Source of the DNA: Candidatus Altimarinota bacterium
GTDB lineage: Bacteria; Patescibacteriota; Gracilibacteria; UBA1369
Length of the DNA: 64,000 nt
Reading direction: 5' to 3'
Assembly (NCBI GenBank): GCA_963677745.1
Contig: OY782391.1
Location: forward strand, 576,001-640,000
Within the stretch, counting starts at the first letter, position 1. Every line of letters starts with the position of its first letter. The notes under the pieces are model-generated. The model saw nothing but the letters and a program-made list of their open reading frames with translations. It was not told the origin of the DNA and did not search any database. The position numbers and the translations under genes are program-made. This document shows, one piece after another, positions 1 to 11,325 of this stretch.

Positions 1-354
1 GCCGGATTGGCCAAAACCGCCAATCAACTGGGTATCACACGTCTTCCTCCCAACCTGGCCAAAATCATCAATTCTTCCGCAGAGGCCAAAATTGACAGCT
101 CCCCCGCTTCCGCCAATATTGAAATGCCTTCCAGTCCGGCCGGTCTAAACAATTCTCCCCAGACTGAAGCCAACATCCATCAGGCCAGTCCTGAAACCTA
201 TAGCCGTCTCAACCGACAAAGGAATTTGTCTCCCACCTTCAATCCGGCGGTAAAAGGCGATGGACTTAGAAAGTTCCTTTTTGTGGTAATCATGTGCGGA
301 CTGATCGGCTACCTGATTTTCCAATACGGCTTTCAGGGCAAACTGCCGTTTTAA
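1..354 (+). CDS. Hypothetical membrane protein, 3' part (probably begins upstream of the window)
   Basis: Frame is open from base 1; low-complexity linker and C-terminal TM helix FLFVVIMCGLIGYLIF. Confidence 0.6.
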   Translation, partial: AGLAKTANQLGITRLPPNLAKIINSSAEAKIDSSPASANIEMPSSPAGLNNSPQTEANIHQASPETYSRLNRQRNLSPTFNPAVKGDGLRKFLFVVIMCGLIGYLIFQYGFQGKLPF

Positions 355-393
355 AAACCGGTTCAACCGTCATTTCAATAGCATCCACTGAAC

Positions 394-2802
394 TCACGAC
401 CCGCAGGCAATACAGCTTTCCGGATTATCCAGGCTGCAGGTAATCTGACTCAGAGCTTCATCCTTTGCCGTTCCGGCATGAATCAATTCTGAATTTTCCA
501 CCTTTATGCCGGCAGCAGCCATCGGTTTAGCCAGACCGGCATGCTCCTGAATGGTGAATTTCTGGGCGGCCGACGCGGCTTTGGTGCGCAGATAGTAAAT
601 ACCGGTTTTGAGCCCCTTCTCCCAGGCATAGAAATGCATCGAGGACAGTTTGGCAAAATTAGGTTCGGCAATAAACAGGTTGAGCGACTGGCTCTGGCAG
701 ATAAAAGCGCCGCGCTCGGCTGCCATCTCAATCAGATTTTTCATTTTCATTTCCCAGACCGTCTTATAAATCTCTTTCAGTTCAACCGGTATTTCCCCGA
801 TCCCCTGCACCGATCCGTCGGCCAATACAATTCTTTGTTTCATTTGATCGTTCCACAGATTCAGGGCAATCAGATCCTTGATCAGATGTTTGTTGATCAC
901 CACAAATTCACCCGACAAAGTGCGGCGGCTGTAAATATTGGAAGTATAAGGTTCAAAACATTCGTTATTTCCCAAAATCTGCGAAGTGGAAGCTGTGGGC
1001 ATGGGAGCCATCAAAAGTGAATTGCGGGCACCGTATTTTTTGACCTCCTCGCGCAGACTTTCAAAATCCCAGCGGACGGACGGCGTAACGTTCCACATAT
1101 CAAACTGAAAAACACCTTCCGACAGAGGCGATCCGGGGAAACTTTCATAGGCACCCTCCTTCTTGGCTAGATCAACAGAGGATTTCATCGCCGCATAATA
1201 GATGGTCTCAAAAATCTCCACGTTCAGCTTTTTGGCTGCCGCCGATTCAAAAGGATACCGCAGCAGAATAAACAGATCGGCCAGTCCCTGTATTCCCAGA
1301 CCGATCGGCCGGTGACGGAAATTGGAACGTCGGGTGGATTCGGTGGGATAAAAATTCTCATCAATCACCCGGTTCATCGATTCAACGATTTTATAGGTAA
1401 CTTCATACAACTTTTGATGGTCAAACTGACCGTTCACCAGAAAACGGGGCAACGCGATCGAAGCCAGATTACATACCGCGGTTTCCTCCGGTGAACTGTA
1501 TTCGACAATTTCCGTACAAAGATTGGATGACTTGATAGTGCCCAGATTACGCTGATTACTTTTACGATTGGCACTGTCTTTGTACATCATAAAAGGAGTG
1601 CCGGTTTCGATCTGAGCCTGCAGAATAGCAAACCATAACTCCTGGGCCGGAACCACGCGGCGGGCCTTGCCCGCCGCTTCATATTGCTCATAAAGCTGCT
1701 CGAACTGCTCCGAATGGCTGTCCACCAGTCCCGGCACTTCATTGGGAGAAAAGAGCGACCACTGCCCGTTCTCTTTGACTCTCTTCATAAAGAGGTCGGG
1801 AATCCAGAGTGCCGTAAAAAGATCGCGGGCGCGCATTTCCTCTTTGCCGTGATTCTTTCGTAAATCCAGAAATTCAAAAATCTCCGAGTGCCAGGGCTCC
1901 AGATAAACCGCAAAAGCCCCCTTTCTCTTTCCCCCTCCCTGATCCACATAGCGTGCCGTTTCGTTGTAGACTCGCAGCATCGGGATAATCCCGTTGCTGC
2001 GTCCGTTGGTCCCTTTGATGTATGTCCCCTTGGAGCGGATATTATGAATATGCATGCCCAGTCCCGCTCCGGATTTGGAAATCAGCGCGCACTCCTTGAG
2101 TGTTTCATAAATTGCCACCAGACTGTCATCTTTCATTGCCACCAGAAAACAACTGGACATCTGGGCTTTGCGAGTACCGGCGTTGAAAAGTGTCGGAGAT
2201 GCGTGGGTATAATATTTCTCCGACATCAGCTGATAGGTCTCCAGCACCTTGGCGATATTTTTCTTGTGAATTCCCACCGCCACTCTCATCAGCAGATATT
2301 GCGGCCGCTCGACAATTTTTCCGTTTTTACGGAGCAGATAACTTTTTTCCAGTGTCCTAAACCCGAAATAATCATATTCAAAATCAGCCTGTTCATTAAT
2401 GGCCCCGTCCAGTATCTCAGCATTATCCCGGACAATTTCATAGACATCATCGGCAATCAAACCGGCATCGCTGCCTGTAGCTTGATCGGTATAGTTATAA
2501 AGCTCCTCGATACACTCCGAAAATTTCTGCGGAGTTTCCTGATGCAATCTGGCCACCAGTATTCTCCCGGCCAGCAGGGAATAATCCGGATGAACGGTAG
2601 CCATGCTGGCGGCAATTTCGGCCGTTAAATTATCCAGTTCTTTGGTGGAAATACCGTCATAAAACCCTTCAACGGCCTTCTTGGTGACCAGGTCGGGGTC
2701 AATATATTTCCCGTCCAGGCCTTCGCTTAGACGGGTAATTTTCTCGGTGATGCGGTCAAATCTGGCCGGCTCAACCGTTCCATCCGATCGTCGTACTTGC
2801 AT
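394..2802 (-). CDS. nrdA: Ribonucleoside-diphosphate reductase class Ia alpha subunit, with ATP cone
   Basis: N-terminal ATP cone; [37 protein letters not shown] and C-terminal CxxC (CIACGS). Confidence 0.97.
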   Translation of the reverse strand: MQVRRSDGTVEPARFDRITEKITRLSEGLDGKYIDPDLVTKKAVEGFYDGISTKELDNLTAEIAASMATVHPDYSLLAGRILVARLHQETPQKFSECIEELYNYTDQATGSDAGLIADDVYEIVRDNAEILDGAINEQADFEYDYFGFRTLEKSYLLRKNGKIVERPQYLLMRVAVGIHKKNIAKVLETYQLMSEKYYTHASPTLFNAGTRKAQMSSCFLVAMKDDSLVAIYETLKECALISKSGAGLGMHIHNIRSKGTYIKGTNGRSNGIIPMLRVYNETARYVDQGGGKRKGAFAVYLEPWHSEIFEFLDLRKNHGKEEMRARDLFTALWIPDLFMKRVKENGQWSLFSPNEVPGLVDSHSEQFEQLYEQYEAAGKARRVVPAQELWFAILQAQIETGTPFMMYKDSANRKSNQRNLGTIKSSNLCTEIVEYSSPEETAVCNLASIALPRFLVNGQFDHQKLYEVTYKIVESMNRVIDENFYPTESTRRSNFRHRPIGLGIQGLADLFILLRYPFESAAAKKLNVEIFETIYYAAMKSSVDLAKKEGAYESFPGSPLSEGVFQFDMWNVTPSVRWDFESLREEVKKYGARNSLLMAPMPTASTSQILGNNECFEPYTSNIYSRRTLSGEFVVINKHLIKDLIALNLWNDQMKQRIVLADGSVQGIGEIPVELKEIYKTVWEMKMKNLIEMAAERGAFICQSQSLNLFIAEPNFAKLSSMHFYAWEKGLKTGIYYLRTKAASAAQKFTIQEHAGLAKPMAAAGIKVENSELIHAGTAKDEALSQITCSLDNPESCIACGS

Positions 2803-2826
2803 GTTATTTAAATTTAAATTTTATTT

Positions 2827-3825
2827 TTAAAAATCCGCCTCCAGTGAAAATTCTTTTACCTTGGTGGAATCGTGTTCCCGGTTCATCACTCCCGCCTTCT
2901 GATAATCCCCCACCCGCTTCTCAAAAAAGTTGGTCTTTCCGCTCAATGAAATCAGTTCCATAAAATCAAAAGGATTGGTGGAATTATAAATCTTCGTAGC
3001 CCCCAGTCTGACCAGCCAGTAATCGGCAACATATTCAATATATTGTTTCATTAAAGTGGCGTTCATGCCGATCAGGGAAACCGGCAAAGCTTCGGAAATA
3101 AATTCTTTTTCAATCTCCACCGCTTCGCGGATAATCTGCTGTACCCTTTCCACAGACAACCGGCTGCCAAGCATCGAATAAAGCAAAGTGGCAAATTCAC
3201 AATGCAAAGCTTCATCGCGGGAAATCAACTCATTGGAAAAGGTCAGTCCCGGCATCAGGCCGCGTTTTTTCAACCAGAAAATCGAACAAAAACTGCCCGA
3301 AAAAAAGATCCCTTCCACTGCCGCGAAAGCCACCAGTCTTTCGGCAAAATCGGGACTTTCAATCCATTTCAGTGCCCACTCGGCCTTCTTTTGCACCGCC
3401 GGAACCGTGTCTATGGCATTGAATAAATAATCCTTTCGGACAGGATCTTTAATGTAACTGTCGATCAGTAATGAATACATCTCCGAATGGATGTTTTCGA
3501 TGGCAATTTGGAATCCATAAAAACAACGCGCCTCCGGAATCTGCACTTCTCTCATGAAATTGATGGCCAGATTTTCATTCACAATGCCGTCGGATGCGGC
3601 AAAAAAAGCCAGAACCTCCGATATGAAATGCCGTTCACCATCATTCAGTTTATTCCAGTCGGCAACGTCCTCGGACAGATCAACCTCCTCCGCCGTCCAG
3701 AAACTGGCCTCGGCCTGTTTGTACATCTGCCAGACCTGATCATATTTAATCGGCAAAATTACAAAGCGATTTCTGTTGGGCTGCAAAAGTACTTCAGTGG
3801 GACTATTTACTTCCCCTTCATTCAT
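2827..3825 (-). CDS. nrdB: Ribonucleotide reductase class Ia beta subunit
   Basis: [47 protein letters not shown] at 3825 preferred over TTG at 3837, which lies inside an NrdR-like box. Confidence 0.97.
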   Translation of the reverse strand: MNEGEVNSPTEVLLQPNRNRFVILPIKYDQVWQMYKQAEASFWTAEEVDLSEDVADWNKLNDGERHFISEVLAFFAASDGIVNENLAINFMREVQIPEARCFYGFQIAIENIHSEMYSLLIDSYIKDPVRKDYLFNAIDTVPAVQKKAEWALKWIESPDFAERLVAFAAVEGIFFSGSFCSIFWLKKRGLMPGLTFSNELISRDEALHCEFATLLYSMLGSRLSVERVQQIIREAVEIEKEFISEALPVSLIGMNATLMKQYIEYVADYWLVRLGATKIYNSTNPFDFMELISLSGKTNFFEKRVGDYQKAGVMNREHDSTKVKEFSLEADF

Positions 3826-3831
3826 GGTCTT

Positions 3832-3879
3832 GCTCAAGATATTGTATATTAGTTATTGATACACCACTATATAAGGTAT
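3832..3879. promoter_or_regulatory. Tandem NrdR-like boxes upstream of nrdBA
   Basis: gctcaagatattgtat (3832-3847) and ccactatataaggtat (3864-3879) each match about 12/16 of acaCwAtATaTwGtgt, 16 bp apart, the usual tandem spacing. Confidence 0.65.
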
Positions 3880-4005
3880 AATTCTTCAAATCAAATCTAA
3901 ATATCAAAGGCTTTCCCATCAACAAAAACGGCAATAAAATTGTAAAAGACAACAACTTGCCTATAATCAAAATAGTTATAGTCTCAAATTAAAAATTCAC
4001 TTTTC

Positions 4006-4797
4006 ATGAGATCTCCCTACTTAAATCCATTCCAAAAATTTCAGCAGACAGAGCAAACACTGGAAGAAAAACAAAAACTTCTGGAGAGCATATCGGGAAT
4101 TGAACCTGAAACCAAAAAAGGCCTTCCCAAACACACCATTATCGGCTGTGGAGGATGCGCAGTTCTGATTATAATTTTTATGGCAGGTATACTAGCCTTC
4201 ACCAGCATAGTAGTCGAACAGACCTGGTTCATTGCCGGTGATACTTCCAAATATGATCCAATAGCATCTTTTGCGGAAACAGCTGCGCGTGCCGGAACTG
4301 ACGCCAAACTGGTAAAAATGGAAGCCAGACTGGTCAAATCCGACGGAACACTGGATCTTAACGCCGATTACAAACCCGCCCCGCAAGTTGAATTCACCTT
4401 TTACCGCGAAGTCCCCGCCCCCCAGAATGCACCACCACCGGGAGCGGTATCCGGCAATAACGGTACCTGGTATGAAACAATCCGTCTGAAGGCTCACCGT
4501 CCATGGCAGTCCAGTTCGGTTCGCAGCTTTTCAGGCAGCGGCAGCTCCTCCTATCAATATGTAAACCTGGGCATGGAAAAAGACGTCGGCACTCCCGTTT
4601 CCTATCTACCCGGAACCGCCACGCCTCCTCCCGCCTGTCCCTTTCAAAAACTCTGGACAACCGCTATCCAGAAAGGCGCTCCCCAAAACGCCGTCAGCAC
4701 AATCACCTATGATTCCAATGGTTACCTCTTTGAAATGAATCTGGAAAAACCACTGCTGTTGAAATTCGATTTCAAATGCCAGTTGATCACCAACTAA
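4006..4797 (+). CDS. Hypothetical single-pass membrane protein
   Basis: 263 aa ORF; TM segment IIGCGGCAVLIIIFMAGILAF followed by a probable extracellular domain. Confidence 0.75.
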   Translation: MRSPYLNPFQKFQQTEQTLEEKQKLLESISGIEPETKKGLPKHTIIGCGGCAVLIIIFMAGILAFTSIVVEQTWFIAGDTSKYDPIASFAETAARAGTDAKLVKMEARLVKSDGTLDLNADYKPAPQVEFTFYREVPAPQNAPPPGAVSGNNGTWYETIRLKAHRPWQSSSVRSFSGSGSSSYQYVNLGMEKDVGTPVSYLPGTATPPPACPFQKLWTTAIQKGAPQNAVSTITYDSNGYLFEMNLEKPLLLKFDFKCQLITN

Positions 4798-4833
4798 AAT
4801 TGACCATCACTCCCGTTATTCTTTTGAGAAAGT

Positions 4834-5754
4834 CTAAATTTTCAGATCCATGATCACCACCTCCGGCGGAACCAGAAATCTCATCGGTAAAAGCACTTCC
4901 CCCAGTCCCGATGTCACATACACCGGCAGTCCGCGCACTTCGTACCATCCCCGTACAAACGGATGATCGCAGGGAATCATCCAGTAGACCAGTGGCGGGA
5001 TAAACATCTGTCCGCCGTGAGTATGTCCTGAAAACATCAGGTCGATTTCCCGGTTCGAATAAGAATATTTTGCCGGAATTTCGTAGGCAGTGTCGGGATT
5101 ATGGGTTATCAGCAAATCAAAATCTTCAGCCGTGGCCTTTGATAAAACACCATAATCGGACCTTCCTTCCATCAGATCACTTACACCCAAAATGCGCAAT
5201 TTTCTGCCCCCCTTTTGATATTCATAAGCACCGTTGTCAACCATCGTAACCATCCCGTCGAGTGCCTGCCGGACTTCCTCGCTGGAAAAATGCCCCGGAA
5301 CTTTGGCATCGTGATTCCCGGTCACCCCAACTAACGGAACTTTGACCGCTTTGAACGGTTCAAACATTTTGGAAAGCTGCTCCTGGCTGGGATCATTGAT
5401 AAAATCGCCCGGAATTACAATCAAATCCGCCCTTCGAGTTTCCACTGATTTCAGAATCCGTTGCAAATAATCACTGTCCTTAAACACACCCAGATGAAGA
5501 TCCGAAATCACCGCTACGCGCACCGGCACAGTTCCCGGCCCTCCCCCGAACTCCTCCTCCCGCACCACAATCATCTGCGGTTCCGCAAAACGCATATACA
5601 CAAACAACAGCGATAAAATCAGCAGTCCGCCCCAAACAATTCTCCAGACAACGTTTCTCCTTTTGCGGGAAACCATCCAGACATTAAAAACAATCCAGGG
5701 AAAAACCAGATAGCTCAACCACAAGACCGCCCACTGAAAATACGTCCAAAACAT
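4834..5754 (-). CDS. Membrane-anchored calcineurin-like metallophosphoesterase (YkuE/YaeI-like)
   Basis: DLHLG, GDFIN, GNHD, HNPD, GHTHGGQ motifs; N-terminal TM helices. Confidence 0.92.
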   Translation of the reverse strand: MFWTYFQWAVLWLSYLVFPWIVFNVWMVSRKRRNVVWRIVWGGLLILSLLFVYMRFAEPQMIVVREEEFGGGPGTVPVRVAVISDLHLGVFKDSDYLQRILKSVETRRADLIVIPGDFINDPSQEQLSKMFEPFKAVKVPLVGVTGNHDAKVPGHFSSEEVRQALDGMVTMVDNGAYEYQKGGRKLRILGVSDLMEGRSDYGVLSKATAEDFDLLITHNPDTAYEIPAKYSYSNREIDLMFSGHTHGGQMFIPPLVYWMIPCDHPFVRGWYEVRGLPVYVTSGLGEVLLPMRFLVPPEVVIMDLKI

Positions 5755-5759
5755 TATTA

Positions 5760-6626
5760 TTATTTATCCAGCGTTCGGATTATAGCATCAAACAGACTGG
5801 ATAGGTCGGGGTATTTGGCGCGAATGGTTTTTTTCAGACTGTCTGCATTGTTATTATGCCCCATAAAAGCAAAAACCGTAATTTCATCTTTGGTAGAAGA
5901 ATCCAAATCAAAACAATCCTTCCCCAACACATCAACCAGATCCATTACCAGTTGCACATCATTGAAAACCTGAAAACCACAATTCAATTGTCCCCATAAT
6001 CTGACCAGTGAACTGTTACTCCTCCACCAGGGGATCGTGCCAGACCGGCGATTATCCTCCAACCATCTGATCTCCTTATTTAAGGCTAAGGGCAGCCACC
6101 TTGATCTAACCTGCTCCTCCAGAACACTTTCCGATTCTACCAGCTGTAAAGCAGCCAGTTCGGTTTCGGTTAAGGAAGACGGATCACCACCGGTCAATAC
6201 GGTCTCAGCATTTTTTGTATTGCGATTCGATGATTCTTCAAGTGATAAATCATATTGCTGCACCTGCTCCAAAAGAGCTCCGATATCCGGAATTGTGGGG
6301 CTTCCTTCCACAACTTCTGCCAGAATTCTTTCCACATCCTGTTTTGTCTGCAACCCTTTCCCGACTTTTCCCGAATCCTCACTCTCCACCTCCCTCTCTT
6401 TATGAACTACTAATTCCGGGTCGGCCTCACTTTCTTCACTCTCTTGCCGCTCCGTTCTACTGTCAAAAGCCTTGGGACGTAACCCTGAAACCGTTTTAGT
6501 ATGAGTTCGATAATATTGTCCGTCAGGACCTAAAACCAATCCTCTCTCCTCTTTCCGCCCCTGCAAATCATCATTAAAGCCGTCTTCCGGTAAAACCTGT
6601 CCCTGGACTCCATTTCTAATAACCAT
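5760..6626 (-). CDS. Hypothetical acidic protein
   Basis: 288 aa ORF, co-directional and 5 bp from the neighbouring gene; no motif recognised. Confidence 0.65.
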   Translation of the reverse strand: MVIRNGVQGQVLPEDGFNDDLQGRKEERGLVLGPDGQYYRTHTKTVSGLRPKAFDSRTERQESEESEADPELVVHKEREVESEDSGKVGKGLQTKQDVERILAEVVEGSPTIPDIGALLEQVQQYDLSLEESSNRNTKNAETVLTGGDPSSLTETELAALQLVESESVLEEQVRSRWLPLALNKEIRWLEDNRRSGTIPWWRSNSSLVRLWGQLNCGFQVFNDVQLVMDLVDVLGKDCFDLDSSTKDEITVFAFMGHNNNADSLKKTIRAKYPDLSSLFDAIIRTLDK

Positions 6627-6777
6627 GCCTAAATACTATTATTTTTTATTTTCACTTACCACCGGTATTTTACTTAGATATCGCAAAACCGCCAAAAGCT
6701 AATTCACAAAAAACAGAATTTCCTCTAGACTGATTTTGGTTTTATAATTAGACAAAATACATTTTAAAAATAAAAAA

Positions 6778-7722
6778 ATGCCACATCCCAAATATCATTT
6801 TTGCGACAAATATAAAGTATCGGTAATTGGTTGTGGTAACGTCGGCGCCACCGCCGCTTACGCCATGCTCCTCAGCGGTACTCCCAATGAAATGACGCTT
6901 ATCGACATCAGCAAAGACCGCGCCGAAGGTATGCTGCTTGATTTTCAGCATTCACTCTCCTTTCTGCCCTACGTCAACGTAACCGCCGGAACAGATTATA
7001 AACTTACCGCCGATTCCGACCTGATCGTAGTGACCGCCGGAGCCAGACAGAAAGAAGGGCAAACCCGTCTGGAACTGATTGAGGCCAACCGCCAAATTTT
7101 CAAACAAATGATCCCCCAGCTGGCCAAACATTCCCCCGATGCTATTTTATTGATTGTAACCAATCCGGTGGACGTCCTGACTCACGAAGCACTGCAACTC
7201 AGTAAATTCCCGGCCAACCGTGTTTTCGGCACGGGCACTATGCTCGACACGGCACGTCTGCAATATCATCTTTCGGAGAAACTGAAGGTCAGTCCACGCG
7301 ACGTACAGGCCTTTATTTTGGGGGAACACGGTGACACCTCTTTCCCGGTCTGGAGTTCCGCCAATGTCGCCGGAAAACCGGTTTTCGATTTCCCGCGCTT
7401 TGATTGCAAAACAGCTGACGTCTGTTACGACGACACCCGCAACGCCGCCTACCGAATCATTCACGACATGGGTTTCACCTGTTATTCCATCGCCATTGTT
7501 ATTCGTGAAATAATGCGCGCTATTTATGAAAACTCCCGCATCGTAGTGCCGCTTTCCACCGAACTGAAAGGAGAATACGGCCTGAAAAACGTGGCCCTCA
7601 GTGTCCCCTGCGTGCTCGGATCCACAGGCATTATCAACAAAATTGAGATACCACTTTCCGCCAAAGAAAAAAGACAGCTGAAAAAATCCGCTGACACACT
7701 GAAAGCACTTTATAAAAAATAG
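6778..7722 (+). CDS. ldh: L-lactate dehydrogenase
   Basis: GCGNVG Rossmann motif, TAGARQKEGQTRLEL (Gln specificity residue), VTNPVD, LDTAR, GEHGD. Confidence 0.93.
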   Translation: MPHPKYHFCDKYKVSVIGCGNVGATAAYAMLLSGTPNEMTLIDISKDRAEGMLLDFQHSLSFLPYVNVTAGTDYKLTADSDLIVVTAGARQKEGQTRLELIEANRQIFKQMIPQLAKHSPDAILLIVTNPVDVLTHEALQLSKFPANRVFGTGTMLDTARLQYHLSEKLKVSPRDVQAFILGEHGDTSFPVWSSANVAGKPVFDFPRFDCKTADVCYDDTRNAAYRIIHDMGFTCYSIAIVIREIMRAIYENSRIVVPLSTELKGEYGLKNVALSVPCVLGSTGIINKIEIPLSAKEKRQLKKSADTLKALYKK

Positions 7723-7729
7723 GATTGTC

Positions 7730-9499
7730 ATGGACAACCAACAAATTGCCAGTGTTTTTCAGGAAATTGGCGACCTGCTGGAGATAGACGGCGCCAACCA
7801 TTTCCGCGTCTTGGCCTACCAGAACGCTGCTGAAAATATCCGCGGGCTGGGACGTGAAATCCGCGACATCTGGAAAGAAAATTCCGGAGAACTGGAAAAA
7901 TTACCGGGTGTCGGTGAGGATTTAAGACTGAAAATCGTGGAAATGTTGGCCACCGGAGTCTGTAAATTCCACCAGAAGCTGTTGAAAAAATACGGTCGCG
8001 GACTTCTGGATATTTTGCAGATACGGGGTATCGGCCCCAAAAAAGCCGCGCTTTTTTATCACCAACTGAAAATTGACAATCTGGAAAAACTTAAAGCCGC
8101 CGCTTTGGCACACCAACTAAGTCAACTGCCCCGCATGGGTGAAAAAAGCGAAACGGAAATCCTCACCGCTATCGAGGAACACGCCAAACACAGCCGGCGC
8201 ATGCTGCTTTCAGAGGCCTTGCCGCTGGCCGAAGAACTGGTTGCCCATCTGAGAAAATCCCCACTGGTGGCACTGGTGGAATATGCGGGCAGCCTGCGCC
8301 GGCGCAAAGAAACCGTCGGAGATCTGGACATTCTGGCAACACCCAAAAATCTGCAGGATGCAGAAAAAGTAATCGCCCATTTCCAAAAATTCCCGCAAAT
8401 CAAAAATATTATTGCCAGCGGCCCGACCAAGTGCTCGGTAATTTTGGACAGCGGCGCCCAGGCGGATCTGCGGGTAGTCGAACAAAAATCATTCGGCGCC
8501 GCTTTGCATTATTTCACGGGTTCCAAAGACCACAACGTGGAAATCCGCTCCATCGCCCAGAAAGTCGGACTGAAAATCAACGAATACGGACTTTTCGACC
8601 TGAAACAAAAAGACCGTCATGGTCAACCGGTTGAAAAATTCATCATCGGCGATACGGAAGAAAATTTTTATAAAGCAGTCGGACTGCCTTATATTCCCCC
8701 GACCCTGCGTGAGACCCGCGGCGAATTCCAGGCCGCCCTGCACGGCGAATTGCCGGTGCCGGTGGAACTAACTGATCTGCAGGGAGACCTCAATATCAAC
8801 ACCGCCTTCGGAGAAGGAAAAAACACCCTGAGCGACATCTGCCGGGAAGCCCTTTCCCGAAAATTTACCTATCTTGCTTTCGCCGACAATTACAGCTCGG
8901 AAGAGCTGCCTACAGCCTTTAACGAACAGCGGTTCTCCGAACAACTAAAAGAAATCGAGACATTATCTAAAAAATTCCCTCGTTTACATATTTTTAAATC
9001 CGTTAAGTTGTCGATCGACACGGACGGCGGTCTGTCGCTACCTCCCAAAAATCTTTTGGACCGGCTGGACTTCCTGACCATCAAAATCAACCACAATTTC
9101 AATCTTACCGAGCCGCGCCAGACCGCCCGCGTCCTCCGCGCCCTGTCCGCCCATCCCAAGGTGAAAATGCTTTCCTGTCCCAATGCCCGCCTTCTCAACC
9201 AGCGCGAAGTGATTGCGGTCAATATCGGTAAAATTATCGATTTCTGCGCCCGTTCCGGCCAGATCCTGGAAATAAACAGCCAGCCCGACCGCCTGGACCT
9301 GGCCGACTTCCAGATCAAGCTTGCCGTGCAAAAGAAAGCTCTGCTGGCCGTCAATTCGGACCTCCACGGTCTGGAACAATTTGACTATCTCCAATTTGGA
9401 ATATGGACAGCTCAAAGAGGCTGGGCTGAGAAGAAAAATCTTCTCAACGCCCAGCCTCTAAAATTTGTTTCAGAATTCTTCAGGGAAAAATCAAAATAA
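7730..9499 (+). CDS. polX: DNA polymerase X with C-terminal PHP domain (PHP metal ligands degenerate)
   Basis: HhH motifs, GSLRRRKETVGDLDIL, ADLRVV, YFTGSKDHN, NEYGL; PHP region ends with RLDL, NSDLH and QRGW. Confidence 0.93.
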   Translation: MDNQQIASVFQEIGDLLEIDGANHFRVLAYQNAAENIRGLGREIRDIWKENSGELEKLPGVGEDLRLKIVEMLATGVCKFHQKLLKKYGRGLLDILQIRGIGPKKAALFYHQLKIDNLEKLKAAALAHQLSQLPRMGEKSETEILTAIEEHAKHSRRMLLSEALPLAEELVAHLRKSPLVALVEYAGSLRRRKETVGDLDILATPKNLQDAEKVIAHFQKFPQIKNIIASGPTKCSVILDSGAQADLRVVEQKSFGAALHYFTGSKDHNVEIRSIAQKVGLKINEYGLFDLKQKDRHGQPVEKFIIGDTEENFYKAVGLPYIPPTLRETRGEFQAALHGELPVPVELTDLQGDLNINTAFGEGKNTLSDICREALSRKFTYLAFADNYSSEELPTAFNEQRFSEQLKEIETLSKKFPRLHIFKSVKLSIDTDGGLSLPPKNLLDRLDFLTIKINHNFNLTEPRQTARVLRALSAHPKVKMLSCPNARLLNQREVIAVNIGKIIDFCARSGQILEINSQPDRLDLADFQIKLAVQKKALLAVNSDLHGLEQFDYLQFGIWTAQRGWAEKKNLLNAQPLKFVSEFFREKSK

Positions 9500-9522
9500 A
9501 CTTTCCCCGAACTTCCCACTCA

Positions 9523-10482
9523 TTAATCAATTTCATAGGTCACCGAGACATTGACCGTAATTTCCTTGCTGCCCGGTTCAACTGCCGGTGCGGGAGAAGA
9601 CATTTCACTGGAGGCCATGTCCCTTACGGCATAATTTGTCGCATACTGGACGGGATAAAACCCGCCGCTATAACCTTCGGAAAAAGTAACAACCCTTCCG
9701 ATTGACACTCCGGCTGCCGAAGCCATCTGAAGTGCCTTGGCCTTGGCCTTGTCAAAAGCCAGTTTGCGGGCTTCCGCCTTGGGTTTGGTCAGATCGTCGA
9801 GATCAAACATCAGTGAACCGACCTGGTTTGCTCCGACTTTGGTGGCACGGTCAATCACATCATCGGTCTTGGTCAGATCGCGAACTTTCACATCCACCGT
9901 CTGATTCAGCGTATAGCCAATAATCTTGGGGGCTTTGTTGGCCAGTTCCGGCTTGGTCGAATCAATGTAAATGGGGGTGTTATAGTCATACTGAGGATAA
10001 AGATCATAGGAAGACGTTTGCATGTCTTCAGCTCTAATGCCCATCTGTTTCAATTCGCCGAGTACGGAATTCATTTTTTTGGTATTGTCTTCGGTCACCT
10101 CTTTGACAGTCTTTCCGGTTGAGGCAACTGACAAAGAAATTCTGGCAATGTCAGGTTTCACCGTAACTTTTCCATCACCGTCCACGGTCACTGTTCGGGC
10201 ATAGGGAGTGTTGGTAAACTCAGCCCGGATGTTTTTATACCAGGGATTCCCCCAGATCTGCATGCCTACAAAAATTGCCATTAATAAAAACAGTACCCCG
10301 GCGGTCACTTTAAGAAAAACCTTGCTGGGACAGGGCCGGTGATGCCAGGCCATCCAGTTTTTGCCGCCACAGTCACAATCTTTTCCGGGCTGGCAGCAAG
10401 CTTCATGACCCATTCCGGATCCACAGGAACATCCTCCGGACATCATCTCCTCATCCATTTTTTTATTTGTCATTTTGGCCAT
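9523..10482 (-). CDS. SIMPL/DUF541 domain protein with Cys-rich N-terminus
   Basis: TVTVDGDGKVTVKPDIA, GANQV, PGSKEITVNVSVTYEI; one TM helix; start codon uncertain (10482 or 10521). Confidence 0.88.
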   Translation of the reverse strand: MAKMTNKKMDEEMMSGGCSCGSGMGHEACCQPGKDCDCGGKNWMAWHHRPCPSKVFLKVTAGVLFLLMAIFVGMQIWGNPWYKNIRAEFTNTPYARTVTVDGDGKVTVKPDIARISLSVASTGKTVKEVTEDNTKKMNSVLGELKQMGIRAEDMQTSSYDLYPQYDYNTPIYIDSTKPELANKAPKIIGYTLNQTVDVKVRDLTKTDDVIDRATKVGANQVGSLMFDLDDLTKPKAEARKLAFDKAKAKALQMASAAGVSIGRVVTFSEGYSGGFYPVQYATNYAVRDMASSEMSSPAPAVEPGSKEITVNVSVTYEID

Positions 10483-10563
10483 AGGTATTTTTTTAGATTT
10501 TAACGGGTGAAATTCTAGCATATTATTGGGTGGTAATCAAAAAAACTCTTTTTCAGAAAAAAA

Positions 10564-11322
10564 ATGCAGTTCAGCGTTCCACATTACCGGCAGGATTTTT
10601 ACCTGGAGGAAAATCAGGGCAATAACGGATTCGATTTCCGTCAACGTTCCGAAGTCCAGCCCGACCCACGACTGCGGATAGCTTCGCTTATACATTTCAC
10701 AAGTTTCCGGGAAGCTCTTTCTGCCTTGCTGCCCTCCCCCGCCACCACTTTTGAACTGGAGATAGATGGACGGATCAAAAGTTTTGCCGGGTTGAAGAAT
10801 TTTTTAATTTTTCCAAATCCCGAACGACCGGACCGGCCCGTTGTCATTATCGACAACCACAATCACGCCTTCTATTTCTGGCATTGGGCCAAGCTGACCT
10901 TTCGCTTCTCCACGCCATTGCCGTTGATTCATATCGACCAGCACAAAGATTCGCGGATTCCTTCGAGCCTGCTCACCCCCGAAGATTCTGAAAAACTGGA
11001 TAAAGTTTTTGAGTATACCAACCGAACCCTTAATGTCGGTAATTTCATACCTCCCGCCATCAAAAGCGGTTTGATTGAAAAACCGGTCACCATTGATTCT
11101 TCCTCCTCCCTGGATAATTTCACCGTACCTGAAAAACCATATTTGCTGGACATCGACCTGGACTTTTTCGCTCCGGAATTTGACTATATCGACCGTAATA
11201 AAAAAATCTCAATAATACAAAAGCTATTACCCCTGGCGGAACTAGTCACCATCGCCACCTCCCCCTACTTTATTGATCAGTCGGCCGCCGGTCTGGCCCT
11301 CCGAGAGATCTTCCAGAAATAA
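10564..11322 (+). CDS. UPF0489 family protein (arginase/deacetylase-like fold)
   Basis: DNHNHA, HIDQHKD, LDIDLDFF, TIATSPYF. Confidence 0.8.
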   Translation: MQFSVPHYRQDFYLEENQGNNGFDFRQRSEVQPDPRLRIASLIHFTSFREALSALLPSPATTFELEIDGRIKSFAGLKNFLIFPNPERPDRPVVIIDNHNHAFYFWHWAKLTFRFSTPLPLIHIDQHKDSRIPSSLLTPEDSEKLDKVFEYTNRTLNVGNFIPPAIKSGLIEKPVTIDSSSSLDNFTVPEKPYLLDIDLDFFAPEFDYIDRNKKISIIQKLLPLAELVTIATSPYFIDQSAAGLALREIFQK

Positions 11323-11325
11323 CGA

